A stretch of 64,000 bases of DNA from Camelus dromedarius (taxonomy: Eukaryota). The notes under the pieces were generated by a model. That model was not told where the DNA came from. It did not search any database and worked only from the letters and a program-made list of their open reading frames with translations. Made by a program: the position numbers and the translations under genes. Positions 31,201 through 42,200 of the stretch are shown in pieces (the stretch's first letter is position 1; each line of letters opens with the position of its first letter). The stretch spans positions 42,222,001 through 42,286,000 of the forward strand of contig NC_087451.1 in assembly GCF_036321535.1 (NCBI RefSeq), read 5' to 3'.

Positions 31201-33275
31201 ACTGGTTGTTAAGAGGCAAGAGAGGAGAGGAAGGGCATCAGAGGGGAGGGGCTTCTGTCCCACGCAGAGCTCTCCCTCTCTCTGCCAAGTACTGTCAGAT
31301 CTCTGCTTGGGCTCTATAATCTCCGGATGCCAGAAGTGGCCACCTAACCACCTGGGGCACTGGTGCCTTCAGTCTCTCTGAAAGTAAGAGCTTCTCCTTC
31401 GAAAACTTGCTTCAGAATCAGAGCTAGGAGACCACGACCTGACAAGGAAGGCCGGCCAGCCTCATCCTGGGACTCCTATACAGTTCCAGAAACTACAGAC
31501 AGCCCACTACTGAGGAGGTAGGAAGTTTGGTCAGAGACCACTAGTCAGTAAGCAGTCAGGCCTCTGTGGCCCTGCCCCTCAGAGGCAGAAGCTGACCAGA
31601 TTAGAGAACCAAAATTGGAGGCAAAGTCTCCAAAGACCCTCCAAGGAAGTCCACCTGGAGAGAGCTTATGATCTGACTGTTGACCCTAGCAAGGAAGGTT
31701 TTTTTTGTTATCCAATAAAGAATGAAATCAGTGCATCCCAGGGCTAGCTCAAAACTTTGCAGGAGTCAGACACTGGTGACTGTCCAGAGGAGGTCAAAAA
31801 GACCTCAAGGCGAAACAACTTTAGCACTTGTAAGTAGCATCCAAGGGCAGTAAAGACAGCCCAGAACACTGAAGAGCTACAGAAATTCTCCAAGATCGCA
31901 TGGCCTTCCCTCCCTTCCTCCACTGTAGATAGCAAGGGTCAGTCATGGCCTCAGAGTCAGGCTGCTCTCATTAAGGTACAGTCTCTGGCCTGTACTTTGG
32001 CCACATAACAAAGAACCTCCCAGCTTGGTGTGAGACAGCAGCCATTTCACACACCTAAGTCCCAAGCAATGGACAAGGATCAGATGTCAGTACAGGCTGT
32101 CTCGGAAAAGCTGGGGGGAATCAGCACTTTCTGGCATGTGTGTGAATTCCTTGGGCTACAAAAATCAGCACATTAAGAACCCAAAGGTGCCACGGTGATC
32201 TCAACTTAATCCTCTGTAATCTACAGTTTATTTGATCAAGCCTAGAAGGGAATGGAGATAGACCCTGGGACTATAAGTGGTGTGACCTGTTGATCAGGGA
32301 GGTGAGTGTGTGTGCTTAGGGGTGGGAAAGAGATAGCCTAGGACTCTTCAATTCCAGACTCCTTCTTTTTGGTCTTTTTCCTTCTCTCTAAAGACGAACA
32401 GACAGCAGTCCCAGGAGCAGCAGTCCCTCTGAGGCAGTCTGGAAACCACTCACGTGCTCTGGGAGGACAGGGCTGAGACTGGAGCAAGGGGGGAGGAGGA
32501 GGGGGGAGAGAAGATAATGAATGGGCAGATCTACCCTGATCTGTGATCTGTAGCTAGGATTGAGCAAACCTCAGCTAAACTGTTCAGAGGCAGGAAAAGG
32601 GAGACTCTCAAAGAACAACACAACTAGAGAACAACATAACTATAGAGAACAACATAACTAGAGGACTGGGCTGGGGGCAGAGGAGCAAGACAAGGAGAAG
32701 ACAGCTCATTCCTAAACAGTGACCCAGACTTTAAACTCTGCTGGGCTCCTGGGTGGCTCTCTGGCTTGAGGAAAGAGAGGAAGTAAGGAACTGAGGGAAC
32801 AGTCTCCCCCAGGACCCCCACCCCCAACCAACCCAGCCCCAGGAAATCGAGATAAAATTCTTCCAGGGCTGCAGGGACAACTGTTTTTGTGGAAAGGGGG
32901 TAAGGAAAACGGCGACAGACAACACTCCCGGCTACCTCTAAAAGAGAAGAGGGGCAGGTTCCTTCACACCTGACGAAGATTTCTCCAATTTGGGGAGCAG
33001 AGGGAGAGGAACTTAGCGTCTCTCCCTCCCACAACCGAACTAGACAGGCTAGGGGAGAGCCACAGGGGTTTCCCAAGGTTCACAAAGGTCAGGTAAGGGA
33101 AGGAAAGAAGAGCCACCCCCTTTTTGGCTCGACGCCTGGGGAGCCCCTTAAAAGGGGGCTACGGGTCGGGGGAGGGGACAGTATCCCCCTAAGCCGGGGC
33201 TGGGCGGGAGGTAGGGCTGCCCGGGAGAGGCTTCATCGCGAGGAAGACACTGGGTCCCGAGACAGGCACACTCAC

Positions 33276-33420
33276 GGCGGCTCTGGGGCGGCGGCGTTAC
33301 TTGGGCCGGGGCTCGGACAGGCTCCGCTCCTCTCCCCCCGGCGGTGTCCCAGGCTCCGGCCTCCACTTCCGCCTTTCAGCAGCTCCGGATCCGGATCTCC
33401 ACCTCCGACCCGCCCCTCAA
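33276..33420 (-). other. RAB5C: RAB5C non-coding exon 1 (5' limit approximate)
   Basis: CpG-rich segment ending in the donor GCC|GTGAGT at 33275. It would join the exon 2 acceptor at 17329 (CAG|TTGGAGG), giving an intron 1 of about 15.9 kb. Confidence 0.8.
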
Positions 33421-33720
33421 TATTCCCAGGTGACTGACAGGGCGGTGGAACCAATGAGAGGCACTCTTGGCCGACTCACAGGCGGTGCCCGCGGTGTGGA
33501 GCGAGAGAGGCGGGAGTGCGCGCGCAAGAGACGGCGGGACTTGTAGTTCCCAGCGCTGGGCGGAGCCGCCAGCCGCCTGGGACTTAGGCTTAGGGTGGAG
33601 TCGGCTGCCGGCGAGGCGGAGCCCGACCGGGAACTTTTTAAGGCCGGGCCTGCGGACCGCGTCATCGCGGGTTCCAAGCGCCCCGAGGGAGGCAGGTGGC
33701 GGAGCGTTGCAAGACGGCTG
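33360..33720. promoter_or_regulatory. RAB5C CpG-island promoter (ETS, CCAAT, GC boxes, ZNF143/THAP11 motif)
   Basis: ACTTCCG at 33365-33371, CCAAT at 33451-33455, ACTACAAGTCCC on the minus strand at 33536-33547, several GGGCGG boxes and high CpG density. Confidence 0.8.
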
Positions 33721-34939
33721 AAGGCTGTAATTGAGAGAGGAAAATCATGGTGTGAATGAATATGCATTTGAGACCGCGTGGACCAGTTCTGGGCACTCGC
33801 TAATCCGGAGAAGCCCCTGTCCGCGCTTTTGGGCCAAGTCAGCTTGTGAGCCTGACTGTTAGGGACATTCTGAGATGGGGAAGATAATGGAAGTGGTATA
33901 GGAAGGGCTCTCTGGAAGCTACCGGGTGAGACCAAAGGGAGAGCTCCTGCCATTGCCCAGCCTTAAACCAGGACCCTACGCCTTTGGTTCAATCCCAAAA
34001 CACACCAGGACTGCCTCTGCCTTGGCTGTCCCCATCCATAAATGCAGATTGGAACTACTTCTGTTTACCCTCACTTTGCCCTTTGTGTGGATCAGGACTA
34101 TTTCTATTTTTTTCTGTTCCCCTCCCCTAATCCTATGGATTAGGACCACTTCTGCTTCTGCCTACCCCCAGCCGCCCAACACAGACCAGTATCTCCTTTG
34201 CTTCAGCATCCGGCCCCCAGGGACACTACTCAGAATCTTTGTGGAATCAAAGCTCACCCCAGAGACAGCTGTGGACATTGTTCCCATGACACAAGCCAAT
34301 ACCAATCATACTCTGGAGCCTGAGCTGGAGAATCGACCTGGCAACCTGTCTGGGACAACCTGCTGCAAAACTGCCCACACCTAGTTCCATCTGGTCCTCA
34401 GGGTGGCTCTTTCTAACAACATTCATAACACCCACTGCTGCAGTGATTGTCAGAAAAGTGAAAGCTGAGAAGGAAGAGAGAGCTTAGGCAAGCAAAGGGG
34501 ATGGGGCATAATGGGATTCTTAGCAGGTTCTTGGCTGGTGACAAGCGCTTCTGCCAGACCCTGCTGTACCTAGCATGCAACAGGTACATGATTGGTGAAT
34601 ACAGGATCGGTGCAGAGTCCTGTGGGTCACCTTTCCAGGGCTGGAGGTGGTCCTGAGTCAGGACTCTGTCTCTACCACATACCATGTCTGAATCTGTGGC
34701 TGTGACCAGATTGGCGGTGGGGAGGGTGGGTATAATGGGCCCATAGTGACTCATTAAGGTTTCTGCCTCATCCCTAAGGCCTCTAGTGGTGTGAATGTGG
34801 TGCCAAGTGGATTGGTTAGCACTTTTGCCCTCCTAGAGACAGCAACAGGGCCCTGGGGTATGATATGGGGGAGTGACTACCGTGTAGGCTCCTCTGAAGC
34901 CCTGAGGCTATCAGACCAACCCCCCAGAAACAGCCAGAG

Positions 34940-35343
34940 CCAACAACTACAAAAATAGAGTTTATTTCCTATCCAAAAGTGAGCCCAAGTTATTGGGTGA
35001 TAAAGGAGAGCTGGAGATCGGGATGTTTCTGAGAAGTCAGGGCCCTGAGCGAGACCATGTTGGAAGGGCGAGAACAGGCGTGGCTGAGGTGTGGGCGTGG
35101 GAGGGGAGATGCTGCTTGGACTATTCCAAGTTGCTGGCAGCAGAAGAGACCACTTTCAGTGACGGCCTGCAGAGAGACAGAAACAGAGATGTTGATAGTC
35201 CCAGGCCCAGGGGTAGAAATAGACATTACTGGGCCCCAAAAGCACCCACTGGGCAAAGGATTCTGGGAGCACACTCTAAGGCAGGGATTACAAACTCAGA
35301 TACCCACAGAGACCAGATAAAGGATTCCAATGAGGGAAGCTAG
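34940..35343 (-). other. KCNH4: Predicted non-coding terminal exon of KCNH4 (3'UTR)
   Basis: Acceptor CTTCTTCCTTCCACCCAG ending at 35344 and AATAAA at 34961-34966. A donor AGG|GTGGGC lies at 36218, 29 nt after the stop. Confidence 0.55.
34961..34966 (-). terminator. KCNH4 polyadenylation signal AATAAA
   Basis: TTTATT on the plus strand, followed on the minus strand by CTCTATTTTTGTAGTTGTTGG (U/GU-rich). Confidence 0.7.
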
Positions 35344-36247
35344 CTGGGTGGAAGGAAGAAGGTGATCAAGATACGTGGGGCTGGAAGCAGGGGAGAGCAC
35401 AGGTCTCATTCAAAGAGGGCAGTGGTCACCTGACACCAGCTGATTACTGCCAGGGACAAGTTTGGCCCAGGATTGCCAGATCCTCCTAATTTGTTTAGAG
35501 AAGCTGGAATATCTGGATGTTTATGTGAACTCTTCTGATTTTTAAAGTTGGCAACTTATTCATATTAAAAATAAAATGCTGTGAGAACCAAAGAATACCT
35601 ATCTGAGAGTCATCAGTTTATGTTCTATGTGGGCGGTAGGGTGAGGTGAGCCCATCCATCTTGGGCTGATGGTGGGAGACTGAAAGTCTTTGGTTACTCA
35701 AATGCTGGCCAGGATCTCAGACCTACGCTTCTCATGGCAACACTGTTTTCAAGGTCTCCAGCAGAGCCCTGGGGGCTGGGACAAAGACCTCACAGAACCG
35801 CTAAGCTATCTCTGCACTGGAATCCTCAATCTATCCCTCTTGCTGGAGACACAAGATCCTGCCTGCTCTTGCCTCAGTCTTCATGTCCCAGGCTGGATCT
35901 GGGGCTCCTCCCCTCTCTCCTCTGCTCCCCCATCTCTACCTACCTCCAGGTCCTGGGAAGAAAGCCAGACATCTCATCTGCCCAGTTCAATGGGCACCGC
36001 AGTCTGTCTCATGCCTGTTGGGTTCCACAGCCTCAGATGGCTCCCCTCACAGAGGAGAATACAGGAGGGTTTGGAAAAGGGAACAGGATCAGAAGGGACC
36101 AGGCTTTGTTAAAAAGGTCAGAGAATCCATAGCCAACCAGACCAGCTGGTGACCACTGACCCAAGGTAGGAGGCCAAGGGGCCCAGTTCCTCCCTGGATG
36201 GCAGACGGCAATGCCCACCCTAGACAGGCCTGGGCCCGTGGCCAGGG

Positions 36248-39200
36248 TCAGTGGAACGTGTCTGACCTGGACCGGAAGCTGTGCCTTGGGAGGCTTGAGG
36301 TGAGAGGTGAGGCCTCTGGCACTGGGGAGGGCCCCAGAGGGTTAGGCTCTGAGGGGTAGGGGGACAACATGGAGGGTCTCAGGTCTGGGGGGGCAGCCCC
36401 CATTTCTGCTGTCCCCACACTGGCTGGGCAGTGGACATCAGCCAGGGTAGTATCCTGGAGGCTAGGTGGTGGTCTGGACAAACAGGGAGAGATGAGTGGA
36501 GGCCTCTGCTGGGAGCAAGGAGGGTCTGAGGGCCAAGCAGAGACAGTTGGGTGGCCCGGGGGGCCCAGCCTGGCCTGAAGCAGTCCCATCATGTGTCGAA
36601 GCTCCTCGCTAAGCTGAGACACTTCCTGGTTGAGACGAGAGATCTGTTGAAAACACAGCAAATTGTCTCCCAGGTGCTACAACAATCACCACCCTCCTAG
36701 GTGCACTCCCCTCTACAGTTTACAAAGTTCTTTCACAGTTGCTCTCTGTTCATGGCCACTCCGAGAAGACAGGGCAGAGGTTATTTTTATCAAAAAAAAA
36801 AAAAAAAAAAAACCTGGGATGGCAGCTATTGCTATTACCCCCCACAGTTTTACAAGATGTAGAAGAATGTGCTCAAAGAGGCCACACAGCTGTGAAGTGA
36901 CAGACGCAGGCTTACTCTCAGGTGATACATCACACAAGGTCAAGTGTCTATGCAGTGTTTTTCAAATTTCAGGGAGTATAAAATCAACTCAGAACCTTGT
37001 CAAAATGACGATTTATGGGGGAGGGGCAAAAAAAGGGGGAAAATTCTGGACCCCACCCCAGACATTCCAAACTGGGTGAGGCCCAGGAGAGTCTGCATTT
37101 CAACAGGTTCTCCTGATAGTGATAGACACTCGAGCTGGGGAACCACTGGTCTAGAACTATTTGCGGAAGCAGAACTGGCCCTCTATCCGGCCGAACCGGA
37201 GCTGGCCCCGCCCCCCGCCCCCCGCCCCAGGCCCCGCCCCAGGCCAGGTGCGTCCCCTGGGATTCTCGATGTTTATCAGGAAAGAGGGAAGGCCCACTCC
37301 CGAGGGCTGGGCCTGGCTGCGCTGTGGAAGCAGCTCTGAGATCCCCAAGGAGGACGCGGAGGCAGAGCCTGGGCAAACAGGATCAGGGCTCTTTCCAACC
37401 AGGATTTCGACTTGGGGGTCTAGGTTTCCCAGGGCTTAAGGCCTCTCAGCCTCCCAGTCCTCCTCCCAACGAGTCCGAGTCCGGGGAGGGGAAAGAGGAA
37501 AGGTCCGGAGCATGTGACTTGGTGAGGGGCGGGTCCCTGCAGGAGCCAATCCCCTGGTGGTAGAGAGAGGAGAGGCTCTCTTTTCAGGCTGGACCACCTG
37601 AGGCAGCTGGAAGCCAGTACTTAAAACGTGCCAGGGATTGGGCCAGCTACTTGTGGGCCCTCAGCTCATCCTCATAACAGCTATGGGAAGAACGAATCGA
37701 TTTCGCTATTTTCAGATGAGGAAATTGACATTCTGAGTGATTGTGGAACTTGCCCAAGGTCACCCATCTAGTGTGAATGTCTGAATTCAGGACTCTGGCT
37801 CCAATCCCCGAAATGCTCTTATACAAGGCACATCTCTGATCCCCAGATGATATTCTCCAAGGTTGGAGGGGAGGAGCCAGCCCCAACCCACCTCCTGGTT
37901 GAGTTTGCAGACCTTTTCCTTCACCTCCTCAGTCTCAGTGGCCAGTTCCCGGCTGGGCATGGTCCCTGCAGGCAGAGTGGGGTGAAGTGATGCTGGGTGA
38001 GTGCAGGGAGCCGGAGTCTATGGCATGGGCGGGGCCTTTTCTGTCACTGGGCCGGCAGAGAGCAAGGGGCAAGGAAGGGTGAGGATGATGGGAAACCCAA
38101 ACTCCTCAGGCTGGTTTCCAGGCCCTATATCTTCCCCAGCACCCCCTCCCCACCACCCCAGTTCTAGGTACAGAGCTTCTCTTTGGTATCTGAACACAAT
38201 GTGCTCTTCTGGTCATGCCTTTGTGCCTTTCAACAACAGCCTTGCTCTGCCCCTCAAACTCCTACCCACCCTTTAAGACCCACCTCAGGTGTCCCCTCCT
38301 CTAGAAGGGAGGGTTAGAGGCTCTCCCCTCTCCTACCTCACAGCCCTGTTCTCGTCTCAGTGGTGGGGCTCACACCCTGTTCTGGAATTGCTTATCTGAA
38401 TATACATGTGTCTCCCCTACTAGACTGGGAGCTCACTAAGAGTGTGGGCCAGGTCTGGTTCATCTATGTGTTCCTAGAATAGCACTTGGCCCCTGGTAGT
38501 TCCTTACTACCTGTGGGATGGATGGATAGATGGATGGCAGATGAATGGGTGACTGTGAGTTGAAGTCCTCTGCTGGCCCTTACCTGTAGGAGGGGCCTGT
38601 GAGCGGGCCCTAGGGTGCTCAGACCTCCTGCTGAACCGGAATGTAGGGGCCTCTGTGGTGCTGCCAGAGTCCTCAATGCCATCCACTATCCTGGGACAGG
38701 GGCAGTGGTCATCAGTCCCACAGGGGGTGGTGGGGAGGGTAAGGGCCAGAGCAGAGCAGAGCAGGCAGAGGGTGTAGGGGCGGCAGTGCTGGGGAGCTAG
38801 GGAGGAGCAGCCTTCAAAGAGGGGTGAGGTTGCAAGCTGTGGTGGATCAGGAAGGGTGGGGTGGGCAGATGGGGCAGAGACAGGGAGAAGCACTGCTCAG
38901 AATGCTGGGGACAGAGCCCAGAGAAGGTTCTGGAAGCCAGCAGGGATATAAGGAAGGCAGAGGAGGCTGGCGTCTCACCGGGGACTGAGGTCCGGAGGTC
39001 CAAAGGTTCCCAGTGGGGGAATGAGAAGCTGGGGGGGCTTCCAGGCAGCAGAGCCCCTGGAGGGGCCATGAGGGGAGGGGCTGTGGCCCTGGCCAGCCAG
39101 GGCAGGGGAAGGGGATGGAGACAGGGAAGGGGAGGAGACAAGGGCTGAGAATGGGGGCAGCTCCTCCCCCAAAAGGCTGACCAGGGAGCCCCGGGGCCGC

Positions 39201-42200
39201 GCTGGGCTGAGGTTGGGCAGCAGGAGGGGCCGGCGGGGCCTGGGACCACCGCCAGGCTCGGCCCCAGCTTCAGCCTCTGTGACTGACGGCAGGGTCTTGT
39301 CTGAGGAAGAGCCCAGGCTCTCGGAGCAGGGCTGTGGGCAGAGGGGGCAGCTGACGTCACAGGGCAGTGAACAACGGGCTCCTTCATTAAGCACCAGCCT
39401 TCACTGGCGGATGCTGCTCCCATCCCCTCTCCCTTCATCCCACAGCAGAGCAGCCAAGGAAAGGTGCCCCCCACTCCCAGTCTCTCCCCATGCAACCCTC
39501 AACCCCACCTGGGAAGAGTGTTACCTGGGAGACACGAGGGGATCGGGAAAAGCAGCAGAGACCCTGCAGGGACATAGCGGGGTTCAAGCTAACTCACACT
39601 TCCCCACTCCCCTGGTGCAGCAACCCCTATTCCCACCCATCAGTGTTGTGGAGTTTCAGAAATGTGGGCCTTTTTCTGGAATTGAGTCAGAGATACCTCC
39701 AACTGCGACTCAGAGGAATCCTGAGTGGCAAGGTATGTCTGAAAAGCAGCGAAAGACAAAGGTCTAGAGTGTCAACTACAGACTTAGCCCAGACCCTAGA
39801 CCAAAATGGGCCCAGAAAACATGAGTGAGTAGAGACAAGGAAACTCCAAGGGGATGAGGTACAGAGAGGGAACTGATGGAGAAGGAGCATATGAAGGGGA
39901 CCCTTTCCAAAGTGGGGGTCCTTTGAGGAGTATGGAGTGAGGCTGAGGGGTGGCCAACAGGAGGTGGGTCAGTAGAGTTGGAAGTAGAGGTGGTGAGAGA
40001 TGATGGCCCATGGGATTGGGTAATGGCCAGTGGAGTAGGGTCAGTGGTTTTGGAAGGTATTAAGCATGGAAGGGGCAATGGAAGGGGGTGCCTGAGGCTG
40101 GGAGATGATGTTTACAGGGTGGAAGAAATGCATGAGGCTCTCTCTGGGGCTGAGGGAGGTCTGCTTTGAAGAAGGAGATGGAAGCCATAAGCAGTCTACA
40201 TACATTGGTGTCAGAGCCCTGGCGCAGGTTGAAGGTGAGGTCCCGGGGCAGGCCAGCCTGGAAGGCAGCCCCATACTCAGGATAGAGCCTCAGGACCTCG
40301 GCCAGCCCTCGGCTGCTCAGTTGCTGCAGGCCACAGTAGGTCAGTGCCTTCACATCAGCGCTGGTCTTCAGCACGTAGCTTGGGACTGTGCCTGACCCAG
40401 GCTCCTGCCCCAGCTCAGGGATATCTGCCCCAATCAGGTCTCCCTTTCCTGTGGGTAAGGGATGGGGACAGTGAGCTAGGGCAGAGGGACTAGGAGGGTA
40501 TGAATGGATTTGAAGGATGGTCAGTGTGTTTGAAGGATGGCTGAAGGTGGGTCAATCCATGGGATTGGTGGAAATAATCAATAAAATTGGGAAAGGGTCA
40601 GTGGAGAATGACTGGTGAAGTTGGGAGACAGTCAATTGGGGATGACAGTAAGGCTAGAAGAAGGACAAATGGAATTGAGTGATCAATAAGGAATGGCCAG
40701 AGAGGTCAGTTAAAGGGTAGAAGTCAATGGAGTTCAGGGTCAATGTAGAAGGGTCAGTGGAGTTGGGAGGTGGTGCAATGAGAAAGGATCAGTTGAGTTT
40801 GGAGACAGTTACTGGGGAAGGGTTGATGGGTTCAGGGCTGGCCAGTAGGATTAGGGGAGAATCTGAGGGGAATAGTCAAAAGGGGATAGTGCCGAATCGA
40901 GAAAGAGTACCCCTCAGGAGCAATTTCAGATATCCAGTCCCAAGAATCCTGGCCACTCCCAAGGACTCTAGGGGAAGGTCCCCAGGTAGGTAGTGAGTGG
41001 TGGTAGGATCCTCACCCAGGATGGCCAGCACCATGTTGTCACGGAGCACCTCAAGCGAGCCGGAGCAGACATAGTAGTGTGCCTGCAGGGCGTCCCCACG
41101 GCGCAACAGGTACTCGCCCGGAGCGCAGAATGAGGTCTTGATGTGCAGGGAGAGGGCCCGCAAGCAGCCCCTGCTCGCTGTTCCAAACAGCGGCAGCTGC
41201 AGGATCTCCCGATTCAGGTGCATAGCAATGTCAGCTCTCAGCTCGTCTGGGAAGTCACGCAGTAACTGCATAAGGGGCATAGGTCATTCTGGCCATCTCC
41301 CTGCGCTGTTACTTGAACTCTACAGATGTGCTGGGCTGTCTCTGAGAATAGAGCTCCAGTTACCCACTTCTGACCCTCAGGAAGACTTCTGTGTATCTAA
41401 CCTTAATCTGGCTTGTGTGTAGAACTCCCAACCCAAGTTCTGGGGCAGAGACTAGGTCTTCTCCTGTCTGTCCCATGCCCATGACTACACCCACTGTTCA
41501 CTCAGACATGTCCTGGTTACTCAGCTCCACATACACAAGGATCATCCCTGGTGGGTCAACCTTCAGCCAGAAGTCAGGAGACTAGAAGTCAGTTCTGTGT
41601 AAATCTCTGTGGACTTCGAGCAATCTATTTTCTCCCTCTTGGTCTCAGTATCCCCACCTGGAAGATGCAGGGTTACACTAGACTTTGAATATTACCAATG
41701 ATCTTCCGGGGGCCAAACTTAATGTTCACAGTTCCATTCTCATCCTCCGCCACTCAGGCTTGCTGACCTCTCCCTCTTGTCCTTTCTTCCCCAGGCTCCT
41801 CCTCCCCAGCCCACCCCCTCAGCTCTCTTCTCACTTTCCACACTCTCCTTGAATCACAGCAACCAGCTCCATGACTTCCCCACTCCCTATGAGCCCAGAG
41901 CCCTACAACTGGGTCCAGATCTGTATTTTCAACTACCCACGGGGAAACCTCCACCTGGATCTCCCACAGGCACCACACCCTCAGCATGGCCCAACCCTGG
42001 ACTATCACTTTCGCCCCTAAGTCCAATCTTCCTCTTGTAATGCCTCCATCCCACTATGTGGCCTAAGCCAGAAACCTGGGAATCCACTTTGACCTCCTCT
42101 CTTGCAGCCAGCTGATTACCAAGTCCCAATGTTTCTGCTCTCAGAAATACTTCTCAGATCTGCAGGCTGCTCCCCAGTTAACAATTTTTGCGGGATAAAA

